Below, piece by piece: positions 55,776 to 64,000 of a DNA stretch of 64,000 nt. The position numbers and the translations under genes are program-made. The notes beneath the pieces are model-generated. The model saw only the letters and a list, made by a program, of their open reading frames with translations, ran no database searches and was not told where the DNA came from. Source of the stretch: Candidatus Latescibacterota bacterium (GTDB taxonomy: Bacteria > Latescibacterota > UBA2968); assembly GCA_965205975.1 (NCBI GenBank), contig OZ242195.1, positions 3,296,001 through 3,360,000 on the forward strand. Direction: 5' to 3'. The stretch's first letter is position 1, and every line of letters starts with the position of its first letter.

Positions 55776-56990
55776 ATGCTACCCGACCTCAATACAGAAC
55801 TCCAGGCATTGCGCGAACAAAACCTCTACCGCTCGGTGCGAAGTGTGGAAACCAGCCAGGAACCCCGCATCCGCATCAAAGGGCGAGAACTCATCCTCTT
55901 TTGCTCAAACAACTATCTGGGCCTCGCCAACCATCCCATCCTCAAAGGTGCAGCCATCGAAGCGCTCAACACCTATGGAAGCAGCACCGTAGCATCGGCA
56001 CTCATATCGGGATATATGCCCCCGCATGCCGACCTCGAAAGCAGCATGGCACAATTCCTCGGCACAGAGGCCGCCATTGCATTTCCCACGGGCTACACAG
56101 CCAACCTCGGCGTGATACCCGCCCTCATCAACCGCAACGACATCATCTTCAGCGACCAGTTAAATCACCGCAGCATCATCGATAGCTGTCGCCTCTCCCG
56201 CGCGCAAATCGCCATCTACAACCACTGCGACATCGCCCACCTCGAAACCCAACTCAAAACCTCGTCCGTCCATCGCCGTCGCCTCATCGTCACCGATGGC
56301 GTCTTCTCAATGGACGGAGACATCGCCCCACTGCCCGAACTCGTCTCCCTCGCCAAACAATACAACGCCATCCTCATGGTCGATGACGCCCACGCAACCG
56401 GCGTCCTCGGACCTGGGGGACGCGGCACCTTCGAACACTACGGTCTCTCTCCCGAAACCATCGACATCCTCATGACCTCGGGCAGCAAAGCCCTCGGCGC
56501 GTCCGGCGGATTCATCTGTGGCAGCCGCGACCTCATCGACCTCATCCGCAACCGCTCCGCAGCGTACATCTACACCACCGCCATGCCACCCGACGCATGT
56601 GCATCCACCACCGCGGCACTCGACCTCATCCAGCGCGATATCAGCTTGCGCCAGCGCCTGTGGCACAACACCACAAACATCAGCCAGCATCTTCAAACCC
56701 TCGGATTCGACCTCGCACAATCCCAGACCCACATCATACCCATACTCATAGGCGACGCCCAGAAAACCGTTGAAATATCCGAACACCTCTACAACCGCGG
56801 CATCTACCTCTACGGCATACGCCCCCCCACCGTACCCGAGGGCCAAAGCCGTCTGCGCCTCTCCGTCATGGCAACCCATACCGACGACGACATCGCCCAA
56901 TTATTAGACGCCATGACCGAAGTGCGACACAGTTTTTTTGGAGACCACCATGTCCAACCCCCTCGACCACATCCGAATCGTACTCGTTGA
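55776..56990 (+). CDS. bioF: 8-amino-7-oxononanoate synthase
   Basis: CSNNYLGL, DGVFSMDGD, VDDAH, SKALG, IRPPTVP...RLR. Confidence 0.88.
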   Translation: MLPDLNTELQALREQNLYRSVRSVETSQEPRIRIKGRELILFCSNNYLGLANHPILKGAAIEALNTYGSSTVASALISGYMPPHADLESSMAQFLGTEAAIAFPTGYTANLGVIPALINRNDIIFSDQLNHRSIIDSCRLSRAQIAIYNHCDIAHLETQLKTSSVHRRRLIVTDGVFSMDGDIAPLPELVSLAKQYNAILMVDDAHATGVLGPGGRGTFEHYGLSPETIDILMTSGSKALGASGGFICGSRDLIDLIRNRSAAYIYTTAMPPDACASTTAALDLIQRDISLRQRLWHNTTNISQHLQTLGFDLAQSQTHIIPILIGDAQKTVEISEHLYNRGIYLYGIRPPTVPEGQSRLRLSVMATHTDDDIAQLLDAMTEVRHSFFGDHHVQPPRPHPNRTR

Positions 56991-57717
56991 ACCCAAAGAA
57001 CCCGGCAACATCGGCGCAGTGGCTCGTGCGATGAAAAACACGGGCCTATCGCACCTCTACCTCGTCAATCCTCCCGACCACACCAGCGGCGAAGCCCGCG
57101 CAATGGCACACGGATCGGGCGACATCCTCTACGGTGCCACCGTCGTATCCTCACTCTCTGAAGCACTCGCAGACGTATCGCTTGCCGTGGGCACATCCCA
57201 TCGCAAACGCCGCGAATTCGACATCGTACACCCGCCCCAAACCGCGACAGACAAACTGTTGTCCCTCCCCCAAAACCACAAAGGCGCCATCGTCTTTGGC
57301 CGGGAAGAAAACGGACTGACCAACAATGAAATCCAACTGTGTCAGCTAATCTCCCGCATCCCCTCAGCCGTGCGCTATCCCTCCCTCAACCTGTCGCAAG
57401 CCACCCTCATCTACGGCTACGAACTCTTTCGCGCAACCCATTCCGAAATCCCCTACAAACCATCGGAAGTCGATCTGGCTACGCACCGCGAACTCGAATC
57501 CATGTACGACCACATCCAAACCGCGCTCGACAAACTCGGCTTTGTCTCGCGGCATCGCCCCCAGACCTTCATCCGATCCATCCGCCGAATCTTCAGCCGC
57601 ATCGACATGGAACACCGCGACGTAGCCACCATCCACCGCGTCTTCCGCCAGGTCGATCGCTTCATCGCGCGACACGGCCTCGACCCCATCCCACCGCCCA
57701 AAAAGAAAACAGAGTAA
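56950..57717 (+). CDS. trmJ: SPOUT RNA methyltransferase, TrmJ/LasT family
   Basis: VLVEP..PGNIGAVARAMKN, FGREENGLTN, YPSLNLSQA. Confidence 0.85.
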   Translation: MSNPLDHIRIVLVEPKEPGNIGAVARAMKNTGLSHLYLVNPPDHTSGEARAMAHGSGDILYGATVVSSLSEALADVSLAVGTSHRKRREFDIVHPPQTATDKLLSLPQNHKGAIVFGREENGLTNNEIQLCQLISRIPSAVRYPSLNLSQATLIYGYELFRATHSEIPYKPSEVDLATHRELESMYDHIQTALDKLGFVSRHRPQTFIRSIRRIFSRIDMEHRDVATIHRVFRQVDRFIARHGLDPIPPPKKKTE

Positions 57718-57867
57718 TGGGCAACGTGATTATTCATCGGTCTCGCCATTGTCGAGAATTGTCTTGTCATTGCCCGCGAGATAGGTGATAATTAAGGACA
57801 GCATCAGTAGGCATTACACGACTACTGGGGTATGGCTGTACTATTTGACACGCAGGAGGACTCAGCA

Positions 57868-59484
57868 ATGACTACAACCCCCGACTCCCAAAACCTCGAG
57901 TTGACAGTTACCGACTTTGGCCCCATTGCCAAAGCAAAAATTGACCTGCGCCCACTAACTGTTTTCGTAGGCCCCAGCAACACCGGCAAATCCTATATGG
58001 CCGTTCTGATTTACGCACTACATCAGTTTTTCAATGCCTACTCAGGACGCAAGGGCTTCAGATCCTTTTCACATGTAAAACAGAGACAAAGTCTTGATTT
58101 GTCGGAACATGATCTTTCAGGTCTTTATGCCTGGGCAAAAGAAACGCTTTCGGATTTAGAAACCAATGAACCTGAGGAGTCCTGCCCAATTGAATTGCCA
58201 GAGTCCGTTGCAACGTTGATACGCCCAATTTTCAACAATGTCGCACATTTAATCGAAGACCTGGAGGGTGAAATCACAAGATGCTTTGGGGTAGGCAAGA
58301 CTAAAAATTTGGTTCGCCATCCATGTGATAGCGAGACTACATTTTCCTTGCATCACAATGTCTCAAGGGAAACCGCACAAAATGATCCTTTAGGTTACAA
58401 ATTTACAGTGACAGAGCAAAGAACTAAGATAGATGCTTTGATTCCGAATACCATGCCCTTGCAAATGGATATAGAGGATCTCGCAGTCCTTCTATGGAAT
58501 TGGAACGTCGAATGGCTGACTGAGATGGAGAACATGGAGTTGCGCAAGTTGGGTAGTGCTAAGGCAGCCAATTGGAATGTCGACTGGCTGGCTGAAATGA
58601 AGAATAAGGGTGAGGATGAAACGGCTAAACTTGCTTTGATTGAATTGCTTAGAATTCTTGCCAATTCTATTGCTCTTAGTATCGTCGGCCCGTTGGTTCA
58701 TCCTGCGTATTACCTTCCTGCTGACCGCGCTGGCGTCATGCACGCCCATCAAGTGGCAGTGCGGGGTTTGATTGCAAGCGCATCGCGTATCGGGCTGCGA
58801 CGTGAATCTCCAATGCCAGTACTCTCTGGGGTTCTCGGCGACTTTCTGGAACAGCTTGTTGAACTGGCCTCTTCAACGCGCTGGGAAGCCCAAGGCAACA
58901 ATGACCTTGCTTTACGTATGGAACAGGCACTATTGCCGGGAACTGTCCGTGTTGAACGGTCGGAAATTGACTACCCCTCATTTGTCTATCGTCCGGATGG
59001 TTGGCAGCGGGACCTCCCTTTGATGAATGCATCATCCATGGTATCAGAGTTGGCTCCGGTAGTGCTGTATCTGCGTCATGTCGTTCGTCCGGGCGACCTA
59101 TTGATTATTGAGGAGCCCGAGTCTCACCTACATCCGGCGATGCAGATCGAATTTATTCGCCAACTCGCAGTAGCGGTCAAGTCCGGCATCCGCATTCTCA
59201 TTACTACACACAGCGAGTGGGTGCTGGAAGAATTGGCGAATCTGGTTCGGTTATCGGAACTCCCCGCTGAGCGTCGTGGGGGAATTGATGATCCCGATGT
59301 AGAACTTCGTCCAGAAGAGATAGGTGCGTGGCTTTTTGAGCGAGGGTCAAAAAATAGTGGTTCAGTGGTTCGGGAAATGCCTCTCGACGTTGAGTCTGGA
59401 ACCTTCTCATCAGGCTTTGGGCTGATTACAGAAGGTCTCTATAATCGATGGGCAGAAATTTCCAACCGGATTGAGGAAGAATAA
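57868..59484 (+). CDS. ABC-type ATPase (AAA_15/AAA_21, AbiEii-like)
   Basis: FGPI, GPSNTGKS, YLPADR, SSMVSE, IIEEPESHLHP, TTHS; ATG 57868 behind AGGAGG. Confidence 0.85.
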   Translation: MTTTPDSQNLELTVTDFGPIAKAKIDLRPLTVFVGPSNTGKSYMAVLIYALHQFFNAYSGRKGFRSFSHVKQRQSLDLSEHDLSGLYAWAKETLSDLETNEPEESCPIELPESVATLIRPIFNNVAHLIEDLEGEITRCFGVGKTKNLVRHPCDSETTFSLHHNVSRETAQNDPLGYKFTVTEQRTKIDALIPNTMPLQMDIEDLAVLLWNWNVEWLTEMENMELRKLGSAKAANWNVDWLAEMKNKGEDETAKLALIELLRILANSIALSIVGPLVHPAYYLPADRAGVMHAHQVAVRGLIASASRIGLRRESPMPVLSGVLGDFLEQLVELASSTRWEAQGNNDLALRMEQALLPGTVRVERSEIDYPSFVYRPDGWQRDLPLMNASSMVSELAPVVLYLRHVVRPGDLLIIEEPESHLHPAMQIEFIRQLAVAVKSGIRILITTHSEWVLEELANLVRLSELPAERRGGIDDPDVELRPEEIGAWLFERGSKNSGSVVREMPLDVESGTFSSGFGLITEGLYNRWAEISNRIEEE

Positions 59485-59963
59485 TGCCAGCGACGGTTGT
59501 AGAAACAGTCCGGCGAAAAACTGATCCAAAATGTCACGCAACAACGTGTAGAGATGGTAACTGTTCGCTATTGTTGCATGGAGTGCCAGAGCCAAGTGTG
59601 CTAATCAGTTTAGAACACGAAGCAGCACCGGTCGCAGTCGGCAAACCACGTAGCGACTATTTGTTTTTAGGTAGCGACAAAAACAGTGGGCTGTGGGTTG
59701 CACCGATAGAACTAACCGAAAGCAAGGCCGATTTCTCAAAGTTCGCGCCACAGCTACGCGCTGGTGCCGCTATCGCGGATAAATTACTTCCAAAAAATAT
59801 CCCAGAGGTCAAATTTCGTCCCATCGCAGTTCACGGCGGCATTCACCGCAATGAAGTCAACAAATTTCGGCAATCTCGCAACAAAATTTCTTTTCGAGGG
59901 AAATCTGTATCGATTGAACTGACACGGTGTGGCTCGCCATTGGCTAATGCATTGAAAGGCTGA
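59484..59963 (+). CDS. Small PD-(D/E)xK-like protein coupled to the ATPase
   Basis: TAATG overlap with ATPase; RSDYL...APIELT...QL..G pattern. Confidence 0.6.
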   Translation: MPATVVETVRRKTDPKCHATTCRDGNCSLLLHGVPEPSVLISLEHEAAPVAVGKPRSDYLFLGSDKNSGLWVAPIELTESKADFSKFAPQLRAGAAIADKLLPKNIPEVKFRPIAVHGGIHRNEVNKFRQSRNKISFRGKSVSIELTRCGSPLANALKG

Positions 59964-60170
59964 ACAAACTCATTCCAAACTTGTGCAGTGCCCGTATGCC
60001 GAGTGGCCTGCCGAATACAATAGCCAACACATAGGCGAAGAGTAGCTCCCTAAGCCTTGGTGAATAAGTAGGACTTCTCGCATCTCTACTGCGCGAGTAT
60101 GGTTACTATTCTTCCCAAAAATCGTTTATTCTTAGATCTTAAATCAGCAATTTCATAAGGAGATAAATCT

Positions 60171-60398
60171 ATGAATACATGGACAAAAGCACTAATTACT
60201 TTGTGTATTGTTCTTACAGTTTTGTGTCTTTACTTGACCTCAGAAGTCATGCTCAAGAGACCACAAATAGGGCGTTATCAACTTGGAACATATAGCACAG
60301 CAGCGATTGTTCTTGACACCACAACGGGTAATGCCTGGATTGTTGTGACTCATGATGGCAGATTTAAAATGCGCCCTATTGACTCTCCAAGCGAATAG
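60171..60398 (+). CDS. Small hypothetical membrane/secreted protein
   Basis: AAGGAG RBS; TM helix then GRYQ...LDTTTG.W. Confidence 0.65.
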   Translation: MNTWTKALITLCIVLTVLCLYLTSEVMLKRPQIGRYQLGTYSTAAIVLDTTTGNAWIVVTHDGRFKMRPIDSPSE

Positions 60399-60409
60399 AC
60401 AGTTTTTAG

Positions 60410-62129
60410 CCCGACTAATTCATGAATAGTAATATTGCGGAGTGTATGTCAGTATAATTGGTTAAGGCAACCTCAAGATGTGGTTTTCAGGAGTCTTGCC
60501 ATCTGGCTGGTCAGTTTTTCGTGTTGTGAAGGGGTCAAAAATTTTCTGTGCGTCAGCCCCAGGCAGTCAAAAGGATAGACCTCTGCCCTTGCCCGTCCTG
60601 CCAGTGGTCGGGTTGGTATTTTAGTAGCCTGTTAAGCGCGTAAAGTTGTGCTGTCTGCCCCCCATCTTCCCTTTCTTTACTTGTGCTAAAGTCCTGCTCT
60701 TGCCAGATTGCTGATGATTTTATGATATAGATGTTGCAATGGAAAGGACGCTGGCAGATGGAAGGTGATCTTCGTTTTCAACTCACAGACGCGCCCTGCG
60801 ACTTTGAGGAAACGGTTTTGTAGGGTATTGACCTGTGCATTTACCCATGTTGTGCCTTTCAGCCCGATGTGTGCTAAGGTGTGGAGTAAGACATAGGCGG
60901 CAGAATGGAGGAAGAGGCGGAACACATTGGCAGTAAAGGTATGACAGGACGTGCGGTCTGAGTGGAGAAAGGTCTTGTGATTTTTAATGAAGTTTTCCAT
61001 CTGTCCTCGGGCGCAATAGACCTGCTGGTAGATAAAGGAGGCTCTTGAACTTTCGAGATTGGTCACGACAAAGCGTGTATTTTGACCTTTCTCATTCCTT
61101 TCTGCCTTACATAAGATGCGCCTCTTAACAGCCCAAGTCTTGGCCTGATAATCAAATTGGGTAAAAAGGCGCACGGGCTTGCCGGTTTGTTCATAAAGGC
61201 TTTGGGCTTGATCCATTAGGGGTGCTGACAGGTCTAAAAGTCGGGCATTCGCACTTTGTCCGAGGACAAAATACAGGTCGCTATCCGCACAGAAGTCTTG
61301 GACTTGGGGCGTTGAAAAGTGGGCATCCCCGCGCAAGATGATCGCCACCCGGGGCCAAGCGGCACGCAGATGTGCGACCAACCGCTTGAGAATGGCAACA
61401 ATCTGTTGACCTGTTGGACGCACACCGGGACGCAAAATCGTGGTGATCAGCTTACCGGTTTGCCCCTCATAAATATGCAAGGGCTGGTAGCAATAGTCCC
61501 CCAAATACCCATTGAATAAGGCCAACTGCTGCGTCCCATAAACCGTATCTTGTGTATCGTCGATATCTAAGATGATTGACGAAGGTGGCCTATGATAAGA
61601 CGCAATAAAAGCATCGACAAAGGCACGCGCAATCCGATACAAGTCCTTTTTGCTCATCTGATTCTCAAAACGGCTCATCGTGGGTTGACTGCTCAAGTCT
61701 TGTCCGGTCAAAGGCAAGCGCCCACACGCCGCCTTCAAGCCCGGATCGCTCTTTAAGGCATCACAATCATTGGCATCTTCATACCCACAGGCGATTTGAA
61801 ACACGCGCTGACGGACCAACTCGGACACAGAATGCGATACATAACTCTTATGCCGACGGTCTGTAATCGCCTCACTGATGCGTGATAAAATGCCCGCCTT
61901 GGCCTCTACTTCTCGCAGCAATAAGACGCCGCTATCGCTGGTGAGTATGCTGCCATCGAAGGCGAGGTTGAGCCGTTTGCCGAAAATGCTTGCCAAAGGA
62001 ACCTTGCTATGATTATCTTGTGTACTCACGGTAGTTTCTCCCAAGTCCATTGTTTAAAGGTTATGTCGCTAACCAAATATAATACAATGACTTGAATAGG
62101 GAAACTACCTTTTTTATGAATTATCCGGG
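60410..62129 (-). mobile_element. IS1380-family insertion sequence
   Basis: Terminal IRs CCCGACTAATTCAT / CCCGGATAATTCAT (12/14); 4-bp TTAG duplication at 60406-60409 and 62130-62133. Confidence 0.9.
60686..62050 (-). CDS. IS1380-family DDE transposase
   Basis: TSDSG.LL, GYEDANDCD, SQPTMSRFEN, LDIDDT, RGDAHF, YCARGQMENFIK. Confidence 0.92.
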   Translation of the reverse strand: MDLGETTVSTQDNHSKVPLASIFGKRLNLAFDGSILTSDSGVLLLREVEAKAGILSRISEAITDRRHKSYVSHSVSELVRQRVFQIACGYEDANDCDALKSDPGLKAACGRLPLTGQDLSSQPTMSRFENQMSKKDLYRIARAFVDAFIASYHRPPSSIILDIDDTQDTVYGTQQLALFNGYLGDYCYQPLHIYEGQTGKLITTILRPGVRPTGQQIVAILKRLVAHLRAAWPRVAIILRGDAHFSTPQVQDFCADSDLYFVLGQSANARLLDLSAPLMDQAQSLYEQTGKPVRLFTQFDYQAKTWAVKRRILCKAERNEKGQNTRFVVTNLESSRASFIYQQVYCARGQMENFIKNHKTFLHSDRTSCHTFTANVFRLFLHSAAYVLLHTLAHIGLKGTTWVNAQVNTLQNRFLKVAGRVCELKTKITFHLPASFPLQHLYHKIISNLARAGL

Positions 62130-62167
62130 TTAGGAAAAATGGTTACTAAAATTATAATTCCCCAAAA

Positions 62168-62449
62168 TTAAAATTCTATTGGGCTATCGCCAAAAGCTCT
62201 TTGTGATTCCTTTATGTCACCGAAACACTTGCCCCACTCATCTAAGTCTTGAGCTTCTTGGGATGCCATAAACACCTTTTCTACTTCGTTGTAGGATAAA
62301 GGGTCCTTGTCATTAAAGTGCTTTATAAGCAGAATTTTTTCCTCGCGTTTCAGAAATTCTGAACCAGATGACTTCGGTGTTTTCACATATAGCTGGCCCC
62401 TATTAAGAGCGCAGATAAGTTCATTTACATCCGTGATTGTTCTTGACAA
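62168..62449 (-). CDS. Hypothetical protein
   Basis: TTG start behind AAAGGAG; no recognised motif. Confidence 0.5.
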   Translation of the reverse strand: MSRTITDVNELICALNRGQLYVKTPKSSGSEFLKREEKILLIKHFNDKDPLSYNEVEKVFMASQEAQDLDEWGKCFGDIKESQRAFGDSPIEF

Positions 62450-62596
62450 GTTAGCTCCTTTCTAAGGATAGCTGCAATCTCCTGCTTCTTACCTCCGGTT
62501 GGCGTTACTCTCTTTCGGAGAGTAACGATGAAGTGTGAGAGGCGGGGAGCCACCGGTTTGTGGTTCCCCGCCACGATATAACACAAGAATCAGCAT

Positions 62597-62722
62597 CTAT
62601 CTGCGTTTCCGCCTCGGTGGGATTGTTTCACGCACAGTTGTTGATGGCTGACGTTTGGCTTCTCTGCTTGGCACATAACGGCCAGCTCTTGCATCTCGTA
62701 CTCGAGTATTTCTTTTAGCCAC
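62597..62722 (-). CDS. Small basic protein MAKRNTRVRDARAGRYVPSREAKRQPSTTVRETIPPRRKRR
   Basis: GTG start behind GAGGT; RDAxxGRxV...EA...PxTTVxETI pattern. Confidence 0.6.
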   Translation of the reverse strand: MAKRNTRVRDARAGRYVPSREAKRQPSTTVRETIPPRRKRR

Positions 62723-62932
62723 GCACCTCACCAAAGTGTGCGAGGATAGCCTAACCGGCTTGGATATTTGGAAAGTCAACGACTCGTCTGATATTGTAGA
62801 AGAGTCACACTTCTCTTTGTTCTTTGATGACCGGCGTATTCAACTACAAAAAAAGAATCGTAAGCTTGTCAACTTGCGTAATAGCCATGTAACTGGAAAA
62901 CGGGCCGAGTGACGAGACTTTTCTCCGGTCAT

Positions 62933-64000
62933 TCACCCCCCAAACCCCAGCGTCTCCAAAAGCGACAGACTCAAACTCTCCATAGCCGGGACTGTACCCA
63001 CGCCCCCCAAAGACGACAGAGATGCCCAGGTCTCATACCCGCCCTCTTGCGTCAATGCCTCATCTGTACACACATACCCGATATACCCATTCGCCAGACT
63101 CACCATCATCAACGGCGAAGCCGACGTCTGCGCCTTGATCCGAAGGCCAGTCTCCACAAAAATCTCCCCCGGCAACGCCAGAATCGCCGCATCACCCAAA
63201 CGAATCGCCTGCACGGGTGCCGTCATCTGTTCCGGCAACGCCGCCAACCGCTGGCACTGCCTGGCATACACACCTACCCGTTCCTTCCGCACCGGTTGCC
63301 CCACCACCCAACTAAACGGACCCTCCTCGTAATCGTATCCACCTGCGAGAATCTGTTCGGCAATATCGAGATCCGCCTCTGTAATCACTTTCCTCGAAAA
63401 TTCCAGCGTCCCCGTCACAGCCTCCAGTGCCAGTTCCTCATCCAAATCCATCAACTGGATCTCTGTCAAAACATGCCCTGCCAGAACATTTGCCATCCGC
63501 CGCGCCCGGGGGTGCCCTCGATCCCGCCAAATCCGCTCGCCACTGTAATCGTTATTATTAATTTGTCCAGATGCTGCATTCCACAAAATCGGCACGCAGT
63601 TCCCACCTATATAATGCCGCATCAAATTGAAAAACTGGCCAAAATAATCCGCCGACACCTGCCCGACACTGCCCGTCCCCACATAGTGCAGTGAAAAACT
63701 CGCCACCACTGAAATCGGCGTCCCATCCACCCCCTCCACATACATCATCGCCAACTCCGGATCAATCTCTCCCATCGGCTGCACGAGATCCGGATTGTTC
63801 AAACCCGGATTCATCCGCACCGTCCCATCCCTCATCAGCCAGCGCCGATAAAACGAAATACGATCCTCCATCACACTGGCAAATCCCGCCCGGGCAGGCT
63901 GCATTCTCTTAATAGCCAACGCCACTGCATCGGCCACTTTCAGCGGGAGCCAGGTCGTGTACCCCTCATCTTCACCCATACCCAGAAGATTGCTCACCCC
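62933..64000 (-). CDS. Neutral/alkaline ceramidase-like hydrolase family protein, 5' end outside window
   Basis: GEIDPEL, SLHYV, SADYFG, PGEIFVETG, LANGYIGY, GGYE. Confidence 0.7.
   Translation of the reverse strand, partial: GVSNLLGMGEDEGYTTWLPLKVADAVALAIKRMQPARAGFASVMEDRISFYRRWLMRDGTVRMNPGLNNPDLVQPMGEIDPELAMMYVEGVDGTPISVVASFSLHYVGTGSVGQVSADYFGQFFNLMRHYIGGNCVPILWNAASGQINNNDYSGERIWRDRGHPRARRMANVLAGHVLTEIQLMDLDEELALEAVTGTLEFSRKVITEADLDIAEQILAGGYDYEEGPFSWVVGQPVRKERVGVYARQCQRLAALPEQMTAPVQAIRLGDAAILALPGEIFVETGLRIKAQTSASPLMMVSLANGYIGYVCTDEALTQEGGYETWASLSSLGGVGTVPAMESLSLSLLETLGFGG

Noticed and set aside
59985..60075. tRNA-like start GCCCGTATGCCGAGTGG
   Set aside because: No T-arm (GTTC) or acceptor-stem complement

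Overview
Bacterial chromosomal window. Left third (1-30.8 kb) is mostly core genes: a form-II-type CoxL/CoxS molybdoenzyme pair, DsbA-like, Uma2, lptE-cysK, a GH29 fucosidase with a large membrane protein, yebC-ruvCAB-tsaB-rimI, prpBCD, an atypical EF-G paralogue, a complete rRNA operon (16S-tRNA-Ile-tRNA-Ala-23S-5S, minus strand), hemL, tRNA-Arg(UCG) and uvrA. From 30.7 to 49.4 kb lies an accessory, defence-like island. Its most unusual part is a tandemly duplicated cassette between the uvrA 3' end and the rfbB terminator. Each unit reads sigma70 promoter, 75-nt structured leader RNA (covarying between the copies), unknown helical-protein gene, Gly-rich micro-ORF and a variable cargo. The cargo is a B12/radical-SAM gene with an in-frame TGA in one unit and a nuclease-like/membrane protein pair in the other. 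The island also holds a type III R-M system split by an Rpn gene, a frameshifted pentapeptide-repeat gene and TA genes. The right part has a single-ORF Lnt-TatC fusion, bioF, a TrmJ-type methyltransferase, an ABC-type ATPase/nuclease-like pair and an intact IS1380-family element. All product calls come from motifs read by eye; no database searches were run.
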